The position numbers and the translations under genes were made by a program. Source: Myxococcota bacterium (GTDB lineage Bacteria > Myxococcota_A > SURF-8). Taken from it: a stretch of DNA of 64,000 nucleotides. The stretch covers positions 4,768,001-4,832,000 of the forward strand of contig OZ223209.1 in the NCBI GenBank assembly GCA_965140415.1, given 5' to 3'. The notes under the pieces are model-generated. The model saw only the letters and a program-made list of their open reading frames with translations, was not told the origin of the DNA and searched no databases. Positions 28,954 through 38,179 of the stretch are shown here, one piece after another (within the stretch, counting starts at the first letter, position 1; every line of letters begins with the position of its first letter).

Positions 28954-30102
28954 CTACTCCAGTATCACGCATTCGCGCTCGTCCGGGTTGTCGCCGATGC
29001 AGATATAGCCTTCCTGGCATTGAGTGCTGACCGTGCAGCTCGTGCGGCAGGTATAATCGTCCAAACAACGGTAGCCATCGGCGCAGGGAACCGGATCGGG
29101 ACGCGGAGTGGGCACGCAGCCTACGCTATCCTGGCAACTTTGCCCCGACCAGAGTTTATATTCTTCCACACATTGTTCCACCGGACACAGCGTTTCGGCC
29201 AGCCAGTTGCCACGCAGACAGCGCCGATAACCAGTATCGCCTTCGTTACAGATCGTCGCTCCCTGCTGGTAGATAATCGCCGATTCTGTACTTTCCATAC
29301 CGACGTGATACACACAGACAGAAGAATTCGGAGCACAATAGCGGCCAATATCGTCATAGTCAAGCTGGCAGGCATGATCGGGCAGGCAGTCGGCAGAAGT
29401 GGAACAAGGGAAGCCATCCGCATGATTAGGTGGCTTGTTGTCCACATCCAGATCGCCTTCTACATCAATATCCAGATCTCCGTCGGGTTGAATCAGGTCG
29501 CCGTCCTCTTCCGTGGGTGGCTCATCGGAGCAGTAATCATCCTGCTCCGGGTCATCGTTTGTCACACACTGATCGTCGGGACAATGCCGCAATAACGCTT
29601 CGGTAGTGTAATAACCACAGGTGGGATGCGCGCAGTCAAAACGCTGGAAGCAGCGGTACAATGCACCGTTATGACATAGGTTCACATCGTGCTGAACCTG
29701 ACCGGAGCGGCAATACACCTGGGAAAAGAAATCACCACATTCCGGGTCGAGATCGTCTCCCAAACAGGGATTCTGCACTTCCTGGTCGTTTTCCGATTGC
29801 TCCACGTTCTCCGTGGTATCGCCGTCAACCACCTGATCCGCCGTATCCACCAGATCCGGCTCGGTGTCCGGTTCCGCATCCAGATCGCCATCCACAATAA
29901 CCTGGTCCGGATCTCCGTCTGTAATGGGATCGTCACCGTCGATCACCTGAATGCAGGCACCCAACTCGCATTTATAACCGGGGCCACAATCCGCCGAGGT
30001 ATTGCACTGGCGCTGAGGGTCCGTTTCGTCGCTCTCATTGCAGGCGATTGCTGAAACGAACACAAGCAGCACTACTAAAATCAAACCATACCGCCAGGAC
30101 AT
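28954..30102 (-). CDS. Cys-rich lipoprotein with DGD-rich acidic linkers
   Basis: AIAC lipobox; C...ADC.PG..C....C knots; six DGD motifs; AAGGG RBS. Confidence 0.75.
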   Translation of the reverse strand: MSWRYGLILVVLLVFVSAIACNESDETDPQRQCNTSADCGPGYKCELGACIQVIDGDDPITDGDPDQVIVDGDLDAEPDTEPDLVDTADQVVDGDTTENVEQSENDQEVQNPCLGDDLDPECGDFFSQVYCRSGQVQHDVNLCHNGALYRCFQRFDCAHPTCGYYTTEALLRHCPDDQCVTNDDPEQDDYCSDEPPTEEDGDLIQPDGDLDIDVEGDLDVDNKPPNHADGFPCSTSADCLPDHACQLDYDDIGRYCAPNSSVCVYHVGMESTESAIIYQQGATICNEGDTGYRRCLRGNWLAETLCPVEQCVEEYKLWSGQSCQDSVGCVPTPRPDPVPCADGYRCLDDYTCRTSCTVSTQCQEGYICIGDNPDERECVILE

Positions 30103-30227
30103 GGATCATCCCTTTCCATTATCTATCGCTGTCTTCTCGGCGAGTCACACAGGCAATCAGTATACCATAATTTGCAACCGAGTGGTAAACCACAGGCTGA
30201 AATCGGGAAACCTTGCGAAAATCCAGC

Positions 30228-31532
30228 TTAAAACGGCTGCCCGGTGCTTTCCTGCACCGAACGCCACAGTTCGCCCTCGGGATCGATGACTTTGCGTTCG
30301 CATATCGCCTCGCTGATCGGGATATGCGTCATGATGTTATTCCAAACGCTAAGCAAAATCCCGGTGCGTCCCGTCATTCCGGCGTGCACCGCATTCTGAG
30401 CCAAACTCGAACAGAACAACGAATCGTTCGGGTTAGCCGGGGCACTGCGAATGATATAGCTCGGATCGATGTACTTCAGCGCATGGGGCAGACCTCGCTC
30501 TTCAAGCTTCTGCGCGATGCTCCGCTTTAAAAACAGACCGATATCACCCAGCTTTACGTTTCCGCTGGGATCATGCTTCAAGCTGTTCTGGTCGAACAGA
30601 TCCTGCCCCGCCCCTTCGGCCACAACCACTACCGCATGTCGTCGGGTCTGCAAACGTTTGACCAGCCAGTCGATCAACCCGTTTTCCCCCTCCAGAACGA
30701 ACGGCACCTCGGGAATGAGCACATAGTTGACATCCGGTTCCGCCAGCGCCGCCGTCGCCGCAATATAACCGGAGTGACGCCCCATCAGGCGCACCAGACC
30801 AATGCCGTTTGGCGCGCCTTCCGCTTCCACATGCGCCGCCCGGATCGCCTCGATGGCGATACTAAAGGCGGTTTCGAAACCAAAGGTTTTTTCGACCAAC
30901 TGAATGTCATTGTCGATGGTCTTTGGAATGGCGATGACGGAAATCTTCAAGCCACGTCGGGTGATTTCCTCGTAAATGGCCTGCGCTCCGCGCAGGGAAC
31001 CATCGCCACCGATCACGAAAAACAGGCGGATATCCATGCGATCGAGCGTGTCGACCATGGCACTGACGTCCTGCGGTCCACGAGAAGACCCCAGGATCGT
31101 GCCGCCATCGTGATGGATGTTCTTGACGGCCTCAGGCGTCAGATTCATTGCCTCGTGGCCAACTTCGGGAATCAACCCGGCATATCCGTAACGGAACCCG
31201 TATATGCGTCGCACACCGTAATGGTAGTGTAATTCCATCACCAGAGTCCGGATAACATTATTGATGCCGGGGCACAATCCACCGCAGGTCACAATTCCCG
31301 CTCGGATGTTGGCCGGATCGAAAAAGAGCATTTGACGGGGACCGGCGCGCTCAAGAGTGAGTGGCTCCACGTCCGGTTGCTCTTTGATGCGCTGAACGCT
31401 CTGCCAGGAAACGTCGAACAGGAAACGGTCCTCGTCGCGCACGAAATCGCACACATTGTCGCCATGTCTTTTGGATAATTTCAATGGGGAGCGTACCTTG
31501 GCGGCTCCAAGCCGGGGAATCGTCAGATCCAT
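30228..31532 (-). CDS. pfkA: ATP-dependent 6-phosphofructokinase (group X type)
   Basis: TCGGLCPG, GGTILGSSRG, GGDGSLRG (Gly at the specificity position), PKTIDND, MGRHSG, KYIDPSY. Confidence 0.92.
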   Translation of the reverse strand: MDLTIPRLGAAKVRSPLKLSKRHGDNVCDFVRDEDRFLFDVSWQSVQRIKEQPDVEPLTLERAGPRQMLFFDPANIRAGIVTCGGLCPGINNVIRTLVMELHYHYGVRRIYGFRYGYAGLIPEVGHEAMNLTPEAVKNIHHDGGTILGSSRGPQDVSAMVDTLDRMDIRLFFVIGGDGSLRGAQAIYEEITRRGLKISVIAIPKTIDNDIQLVEKTFGFETAFSIAIEAIRAAHVEAEGAPNGIGLVRLMGRHSGYIAATAALAEPDVNYVLIPEVPFVLEGENGLIDWLVKRLQTRRHAVVVVAEGAGQDLFDQNSLKHDPSGNVKLGDIGLFLKRSIAQKLEERGLPHALKYIDPSYIIRSAPANPNDSLFCSSLAQNAVHAGMTGRTGILLSVWNNIMTHIPISEAICERKVIDPEGELWRSVQESTGQPF

Positions 31533-31821
31533 TCGCCTTCTCCTTCAGTCGGCAGTAGTCAGGTATACAACAAGTCTGGCGGCTGCCAGCTACAAACGAG
31601 CGAGCCTCGCTTATTCTAATATTGTATGATGCTTCAACCGGAAACGAAACCTTTTTATGGAGTGATAGCAGAACGGCTCGAAAGATCCCTCCAAGAGTTA
31701 CCTGTTTTTTTTTTGAGCTTCGTAGGATCTGTGCTAGAATAACACAATTTGTGTTATGAAATGCCCCATCGCCAATTGACGATCACTGCAAGAGGGGCGG
31801 TTCCATTGGTGGGAGAAGTGC

Positions 31822-32385
31822 ATGAGTACCATTAACCCCAATCCTGAGCCGGTAAAACTCGTCATCAACTTTTTCTACAGTGAAGAAGAGCAGTTGGAGC
31901 GGGCGTTGTTGCGCCTTAGTGAGGAATACGGTCCCATTGGCAACCGAATGCCCCCGATTCCCTTCGACCACACCACCTATTACGACAGAGAAATGAACGG
32001 ACCGCTTAAAAAAAGCATGGTCTGCTTCACGGAGCTGGTTCCGCGTGATTCGCTGGCCGATCAAAAACTGTTCGCGGATCAACTGGAAAAGGAACTTGCC
32101 GAAGCAGCTGGAACTCCGGGACTGCGCCCGGTCAATATCGATCCCGGACACATGTCCCCCGAGAAACTGGTGCTCGCCAGCGGAAAAAACTTCGCTCATC
32201 GAATTTATCTTGGCAAGGGTATTTTTGCGGATCTGACGTTGACCTATCGGCAAAATCGCTTCGAAGCGCTCCCCTGGACCTATTCGGATTATATTGTCGG
32301 TGCTGTTTTGGATTTCCTCGGTGAAACCAGAGAACAATTGATGCATCAGCTTCGCGACTTGCGACTGGACAAAGCCGCCAGTTGA
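31822..32385 (+). CDS. DUF4416 family protein
   Basis: TTYYDREM, RPVNIDPG, LASGKNFAHRIYLGKGIFADLTL, WTYSDY. Confidence 0.85.
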   Translation: MSTINPNPEPVKLVINFFYSEEEQLERALLRLSEEYGPIGNRMPPIPFDHTTYYDREMNGPLKKSMVCFTELVPRDSLADQKLFADQLEKELAEAAGTPGLRPVNIDPGHMSPEKLVLASGKNFAHRIYLGKGIFADLTLTYRQNRFEALPWTYSDYIVGAVLDFLGETREQLMHQLRDLRLDKAAS

Positions 32386-32398
32386 TCGTTACACCCTT

Positions 32399-33277
32399 TT
32401 AGCCGTTTTCGCGCCAGGCACCTTCCTCTACAAACAACCGTAACGCCTCTTTCCAATGCGGCAGCCGGTCCAACCGGGCGGCTTGCAAACGTGCATTCTC
32501 CAGCACCGAATACGGAGGACGTGCGGCAGGCGCATTGTAGTCGCGTGTGGTCGTTGGAGAAAGATCGGCCTGAAGTCCCGTAAGCTCAAACAATGTCTTG
32601 GTAAATTCATACCAGCTGCATTGTCCCTGGCAGGTAGCGTGAACGACTCCTCGTAGCGAATGATCCAGCAGATCCAGCGCAGTCTCGGCCACACTGCGCG
32701 CCCAACTTGGTGTGCAGATCTGATCGTCGACCACACGAATCGCTTTTCCAGACTTCGCCAGCGCCAGCATAGTTTGCACGAAATTACGTCCCCCACCCGC
32801 AGGAGAAAAGGAACTGTACAACCCACAGGTGCGCAGCACGACAGCATTAGGCGCATAAGCCAGCGCCATGCGCTCTCCTGCCAATTTGCTTACAGCATAG
32901 ACCGAACGCGGCAGGGGAAGATCACTTTCCGTAAACGGCTGCTCCCGGTCTTCTTCGTGCATAACGTAATCGGTAGAGAAATGAATCAGGCGAGCGTTGA
33001 ACGTGTTGCACTGCCTGGCCACGTTCATCGCGCCGAGTACATTGGTTTGAAGCGTCTGCTCGGGTTCCGACTCGCAACGGTCGACTTGATGAAAAGCCGC
33101 CAGGTTGATCACCGCCTGGGAATTGTAACGCTTGAATACACGCTCCAGCGTTTCCGGGCTGGTTACATCCACCTGCGGACGCTGTAAGGGGATCACTTCC
33201 ACCTTCGCCCGATCCTGAACCAGGCGCAGAATCTCCTGGCCGGTCTGGCTGCTGGCACCGATAAGTAATACACGCAT
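32399..33277 (-). CDS. rfbD: dTDP-4-dehydrorhamnose reductase
   Basis: NLAAF..VD.CE, HFSTDYV, YAVSK, VVDDQ..TP, RPPYS.L; start MRVLLIG. Confidence 0.88.
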   Translation of the reverse strand: MRVLLIGASSQTGQEILRLVQDRAKVEVIPLQRPQVDVTSPETLERVFKRYNSQAVINLAAFHQVDRCESEPEQTLQTNVLGAMNVARQCNTFNARLIHFSTDYVMHEEDREQPFTESDLPLPRSVYAVSKLAGERMALAYAPNAVVLRTCGLYSSFSPAGGGRNFVQTMLALAKSGKAIRVVDDQICTPSWARSVAETALDLLDHSLRGVVHATCQGQCSWYEFTKTLFELTGLQADLSPTTTRDYNAPAARPPYSVLENARLQAARLDRLPHWKEALRLFVEEGAWRENG

Positions 33278-33311
33278 GGCTAGCGTTGTTTTCGTTTCAA
33301 GTTCGTGACGA

Positions 33312-34361
33312 TTATTGTTCGGCTGTCTCGACCACCTTGTCGGCTTCGTCCATGGCTTCGGCAGCCTGCCAATCCAAGGGTTGTTCACCGAAGGTTCCCA
33401 ATGTCAGGCCGAAAATCATCGCGAAACCGTTGATGAAACGCTTACTGCTGAAAGGCTCGGCAAACAGGTAGCTGACATTGACTTCGAACGCGAGGAACTT
33501 GCAAATTTTGGCAGTCAGTCCCACCATCGGCTGTAACGCCAGGAACATGATGTCTTCATTGTAGCTCTGGGAAACGGCATCGACTGCCGGCATGTCGATG
33601 GGAGTCAGTTTGGATTTGAACCAGCCTTTTCCCGCACCGAGCAACAAGCCGATGGGGAACTCGACAACGCCACCGGAATTCAACACGTATTCCGCCGTGA
33701 TGCCGCCATACAATCCGCTCACGCTTCGCTCGGTGGACGCACTATAGAAAGCGTGGTTCAATTTCTGATCTTTACCGTTGGAGGTAAATCCACCGGCACT
33801 GAAACCACCGATACGCCATTCGTTTTCATCTCCAAGATGCATGTACATGCGCATCCCCATCCAGTAGCTGGGAGCATCGAAATCGCCGTATTTCGTATCA
33901 TGATCGTTCATCAACAACATGAAGAAGGGACCGCCCCCGTATTGGGCATGGCGACAGGTGCAGGCTTTGCCGCATTTCTCTGCGCACTCGGCGCTAACCG
34001 GAGTTTTCATCGCAGGCTCTTGTACTGAAACGGCTTTTTCCACCGGAACAGCTTCTTCTGCTGGAGCGGCTTCTTCCACCGGGGCGGCTTCTTCCACCGG
34101 AGCGGCTTCTTCCACTGGGGCGGCTTCTTCCACTGGGGCGGCTTCTTCCACTGGGGCAGCTTCTTCCACAGGAGCAGCTTCTTCCACAGGAGCAGCTTCC
34201 TCAGCTGGAGCTGCTTCTTCCGCTGGGGCGGCTTCAACTGCCGGGGCTGTTTCTACAGCGGGCTGAACATTGGTCGATTCGGTGTCGGCGTTCTGTTGCG
34301 CATAAGCGGTCATCGAGAAACTGAAAACCAAAACGGCCATTAGCCAAGTGATACGCTGCAT
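33312..34361 (-). CDS. Probable outer-membrane beta-barrel protein with N-terminal (V/A)EEAAP repeats
   Basis: Signal peptide AYA; hexapeptide repeats; C-terminal half with alternating Gly/aromatic strands; GGAGG RBS. Confidence 0.65.
   Translation of the reverse strand: MQRITWLMAVLVFSFSMTAYAQQNADTESTNVQPAVETAPAVEAAPAEEAAPAEEAAPVEEAAPVEEAAPVEEAAPVEEAAPVEEAAPVEEAAPVEEAAPAEEAVPVEKAVSVQEPAMKTPVSAECAEKCGKACTCRHAQYGGGPFFMLLMNDHDTKYGDFDAPSYWMGMRMYMHLGDENEWRIGGFSAGGFTSNGKDQKLNHAFYSASTERSVSGLYGGITAEYVLNSGGVVEFPIGLLLGAGKGWFKSKLTPIDMPAVDAVSQSYNEDIMFLALQPMVGLTAKICKFLAFEVNVSYLFAEPFSSKRFINGFAMIFGLTLGTFGEQPLDWQAAEAMDEADKVVETAEQ
34035..34263 (-). repeat. Coding 18-bp tandem repeat
   Basis: Nine EEAAP units plus degenerate flanks, e.g. 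GCGGCTTCTTCCACTGGG repeated on + strand. Confidence 0.9.
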
Positions 34362-34471
34362 CCTGTCCTCCTGCTATGCATTGGGGGCAATTTCCATGTC
34401 AATTTTGATAAGCTTAACAAACCAGCGGCAACAGGGCAATAAATATCCGTTCTCACCCTGTTCCCTATATT

Positions 34472-35299
34472 TTACACCCAGCTATTTGTCATCACTTCGC
34501 CGATTCCACCGCCACCGGGAACGATGTAGTGGATATCGGTCAAGCCACGCTCTTCATCCCAGCGCGTACCCGGTTTCGTGGCCAGCACTTCCGGCGAGGA
34601 AAGCCCTCGATCCAGGCGAATGGCATAAATAATCACTTCCGGGTTATTGGCTTGCAGGTTCTTGATGTACTCGGGAGTCACGATCAGGTGCATGGCGATG
34701 GTTTTCTTAGGCGTTCCAACCTTTTCGTTGCGATAGGTATCCAAGGTCTGGATGAAAGACGAACCCGTCGCGCCCATCGGATCGGGCAGCAGCAGAATGT
34801 GATCGTTCAAAGTACCACCGATTTTGGAACTGGCGACATTGGCCCCGGTCACTTTCTGGTTTTCATCCACGGCGCGGGAAACGAAGAAGTAATCCAGCCG
34901 CACTCCCAGCGGATTCATCAATAAATTCAAGCGGTCGTATACAATCTGCGAAGGCAGGATGCCGGCTCGCGCGACCGCTCCCACTGCAACTTTGGTTTCC
35001 GGGTCCAGCACTTCCCCCTGATAGTAACCGCGTTCGTTTTGCTCGATCATACGACTATCCATGCGGCAGACTTTACGGGGAAACTCCGAATTGATGACCA
35101 ACTTCACCAAGTCGATGTACAACTCGGTAAAAATGCGGTTGGCTTCTGGTTGGATGGTGTTTTTCGCGCAAACCTTGGCAAGCAACGTCATCATGACGGG
35201 TGAGGAGAGAATGTGTACATTCTCACCGTACGCATGATCGATCTCGGAATGTACGAAAGGAAGTTGAGCATATTGAACATCGGCAGTCGTTTCCATCAT
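34472..35299 (-). CDS. upp: Uracil phosphoribosyltransferase family protein
   Basis: VARAG, PRPP loop DPMGATGSS, YIVPG.GG.G C-terminus. Confidence 0.8.
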   Translation of the reverse strand: MMETTADVQYAQLPFVHSEIDHAYGENVHILSSPVMMTLLAKVCAKNTIQPEANRIFTELYIDLVKLVINSEFPRKVCRMDSRMIEQNERGYYQGEVLDPETKVAVGAVARAGILPSQIVYDRLNLLMNPLGVRLDYFFVSRAVDENQKVTGANVASSKIGGTLNDHILLLPDPMGATGSSFIQTLDTYRNEKVGTPKKTIAMHLIVTPEYIKNLQANNPEVIIYAIRLDRGLSSPEVLATKPGTRWDEERGLTDIHYIVPGGGGIGEVMTNSWV

Positions 35300-35585
35300 C
35301 GCCTCCTGTCGGGTACGAACCCCGTATTCGTTTTATTGTCGGTTACTTTCATTTCATAGCGAATGCCAAGTTCTAGCGATTGTATCCCCCTTATTCAAAT
35401 TTGTCTAACGATTCGAGTAGGGTTTCCTTGCTCATTAATATTTTTCCTCCAAATTTTGGAATGTCGAAGATTGTTTATCGCTCTACAAAAACGATTCGCA
35501 CCGCTTAAAGCGGCCAAAAAGAGAACGAGAGTAACCGTCAGATAACGACGAGATGTAAAAAACCATTCCTCCAAAGGAGAACATC

Positions 35586-36179
35586 ATGAAACACTATGTA
35601 TTTATTCCAGTATTTCTTTTACTGTTCGTTGCTTCCGCCCATGCGGAAACCACATCCTGGCTTCTGGATAAAGCCCATACTGAAATCGGATTCAGCGTCA
35701 AACACTTGGGCGTTTCCAAAGTAAAGGGTGAATTCAGGGAATTCAACGCGACGGTAACAGCAGACAAATCGACGGGGAAACTGAGTTCCATCGATGCAAC
35801 CGTTTATGTGCAATCCATCGACACCGGCATCGAAAAGCGGGACGCCCACTTGAAAGCCGATGATTTCTTCTCGCAAGAAAAGTATCCGAAAATGACGTTA
35901 AAATCAGAAAAAATCACTTTCAATAAAGACAAAGTCGTGATCGAGGCATTACTAACCATTCGGGATAAAACGAAAAAAGTTACGTTTACCGGTGAATATT
36001 ACGGTGTAAACAAGGCGAATATGGGAGCGGGTGAGCAGTTGCATTCCGGCTACAGCCTGAGCACCACCATCAACCGGCAGGACTTTGGTTTGAAATTCGC
36101 TGCCTTGGCAGAGGGCGTCTCGGTGGTCTCCGATGACGTGGTCATCACCATCGACGCGGAAATTATTCGTAAGCTGTAG
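35586..36179 (+). CDS. yceI: YceI family lipid/polyisoprenoid-binding protein
   Basis: Signal peptide; W.LD.AH.EIGFSVKHLG, SIDTG..KRDAHL..DFF...YP, INRQDFG. Confidence 0.92.
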   Translation: MKHYVFIPVFLLLFVASAHAETTSWLLDKAHTEIGFSVKHLGVSKVKGEFREFNATVTADKSTGKLSSIDATVYVQSIDTGIEKRDAHLKADDFFSQEKYPKMTLKSEKITFNKDKVVIEALLTIRDKTKKVTFTGEYYGVNKANMGAGEQLHSGYSLSTTINRQDFGLKFAALAEGVSVVSDDVVITIDAEIIRKL

Positions 36180-36209
36180 CAACTTCAAATATTGACAGTG
36201 ACTGCCTAT

Positions 36210-36254
36210 AAGCGACACAACCGAGTTTTTTCGGTTGCGTCGCTTTTATTTTTT
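36210..36254 (+). terminator. Intrinsic terminator after yceI
   Basis: AAGCGACACAACCGA..TCGGTTGCGTCGCTT followed by T-rich tract. Confidence 0.8.
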
Positions 36255-36428
36255 CTAATTTCGACTACAAATGTTTTCTTTTCTGAAAAGAAATTACCAG
36301 ATTTACCTTTCATCTGAATCAAAGTAATGGTAGGGTCCCGGCATGCAGTAAACCAAAAGCAGTACAATCTGGGAATGTTTTATTCCCGACGAATGTTAAC
36401 GCAGTATTTAGATCTGGGTCAACCTTAA

Positions 36429-38138
36429 ATGGAGCGCGTTACACTTGTACAGCAGGGATACTCGAGTGATGATCTCAATTGCTTAGCCAACAGAACATTA
36501 CTATCCTATTTAATAAACCGCCTACCGGAAAACCAATACCGCATCTCCATTCTGGACGTGAACGAACCGGAGAGCCTGCAAACCAAAGCAGAGCAGGTTT
36601 TGGAGCAGGAACCCGATATCATCGGAGTATCCTGCTACATCTGGAACTATTCAGAAATGCTGAAACTATGCGGCATCATCAAGGTGCTAGACCCACATGT
36701 TGTGGTTGTGGCTGGTGGTCCAATGATGATGTTCGATGAAGCAGATATCAACGACTTGTTTGAAACCTATCCCTTTCTGGATTTCATTATTCAAGGGGAA
36801 GGCGAAGTAGCGCTTGAAAATCTGATTAAAACCCCCCCTGACCAACGCATCAACTTAGGAAAAGTAATTCAGGGGATTCCATTACAGGATATGGATCTGA
36901 TCGGTGGTCCCTTGTTCGAACAATTCCCTATGGAATCCAAGATTGGGATGGTTCTTCTTGAAACGCGTCGCGGTTGTTTATGGAAATGCAGCTTCTGCAC
37001 CTATTTCCTGGAAAGAGGCAAAATTCGAGAAAAATCAGATGAGTTGGTATACAAGGAATTGGCCTGGGCTCAAAAGTTCGGTTACCACCGCATCTGGCAT
37101 TTAGGAGCGATTTTCAACGAAAATACGGAGAAACTGCGTCGACGCGTCGAATTGATGGAACGTGCGGGAGTTGCAAAAACTATCGAGCATTACGTCATGA
37201 TCGACCACCGACTTATAAAAGAAGAACAGATCGAATTCATTAAACGCGTCAATGTCGACTGTTCGATTGGCTTACAAAGCAGTAATCTAGATTTGATGAA
37301 TCAGATGAATCGTCCTACAAATCTGAAAAAATTCGAGCAAACGATAACGTGGTTCCAAGAAGCAGAAATCCCATTTAGCGTGGATTTGCTCCTGGGACTT
37401 CCTGGGGATACGGTTGACAGCTTTAAATCCTCCGTCAAATACCTGATGGATTTAGGTGCTAAAACAAATGTAAATATTTTCCGCGTACTACCTGGGTCGG
37501 AACTGTATTACAACCGCAACGCGCTGAAAATGGAATATTCTCTGGAGGATTACCTTATTCAACGGCACCACTCCATGGATAAGAAGGATCTCTGGGAAGC
37601 CATTGATTTCTTACTGGACAAAAACCCGGATTCGTTGAAATTCGAATTAGGTGTGTACGATAGAGAAGGATCGGAAGAAATTCACATAACCGATGTTGTA
37701 CGTGCCTTTCAATTGGAATCATACGTTGAAAACCTATTGCAGAAAAACAAACCAGACCGGTCTGAAAATTTCAAACCGGCCTCTTCCATTAAAAAACCCA
37801 TTCAACCATCAGTAACGACAAAACAGGAAGCCAAAACCCTGGTTCTGTTTGCCAAGCAATTGATGAAACAGGTCACGACCTCGAAGATTTTAGAAAGTCA
37901 CATCGAGTTCTGGGGTGAAAACCCGGTTGTAGCAGCAAAGGTTCAACTCAACACAGGGGAAACCTTTACCCTGGCGCTGGCTTCGAAAGAAACTGAAACC
38001 AACGCTCTAATCGAAACCGACCATTTCAAAATCCTGTTGAAAGAGGGCGTCATCAACAGGATGTCCCCCAACATCGACCTGTTCATGAAAAACCTGCGCC
38101 GCAAATGTGACAGCTGCGAGCAGGAGTTCTTTGGCTGA
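36429..38138 (+). CDS. B12-binding radical SAM protein
   Basis: PDIIGVSCYIWN, VAGGP, GEGE cobalamin domain; RGCLWKCSFC CxxxCxxC; GLQS, LLGLPGDT. Confidence 0.9.
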   Translation: MERVTLVQQGYSSDDLNCLANRTLLSYLINRLPENQYRISILDVNEPESLQTKAEQVLEQEPDIIGVSCYIWNYSEMLKLCGIIKVLDPHVVVVAGGPMMMFDEADINDLFETYPFLDFIIQGEGEVALENLIKTPPDQRINLGKVIQGIPLQDMDLIGGPLFEQFPMESKIGMVLLETRRGCLWKCSFCTYFLERGKIREKSDELVYKELAWAQKFGYHRIWHLGAIFNENTEKLRRRVELMERAGVAKTIEHYVMIDHRLIKEEQIEFIKRVNVDCSIGLQSSNLDLMNQMNRPTNLKKFEQTITWFQEAEIPFSVDLLLGLPGDTVDSFKSSVKYLMDLGAKTNVNIFRVLPGSELYYNRNALKMEYSLEDYLIQRHHSMDKKDLWEAIDFLLDKNPDSLKFELGVYDREGSEEIHITDVVRAFQLESYVENLLQKNKPDRSENFKPASSIKKPIQPSVTTKQEAKTLVLFAKQLMKQVTTSKILESHIEFWGENPVVAAKVQLNTGETFTLALASKETETNALIETDHFKILLKEGVINRMSPNIDLFMKNLRRKCDSCEQEFFG

Positions 38139-38179
38139 TCCGCTCCAGTCTTTAAAATGACCGGTCAGTCCCACCAGAT

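Noticed and set aside
14658-31714. Homopolymer tracts (T9 at 14658, A10 at 27643, T10 at 31705) as phase-variation switches
   Set aside because: Short, intergenic and not demonstrably inside a promoter spacer; needs read data
22650-34263. CRISPR-like arrays at the 99-bp (22650-23040) and 18-bp (34035-34263) repeats
   Set aside because: Both are in-frame coding repeats without unique spacers; no cas genes
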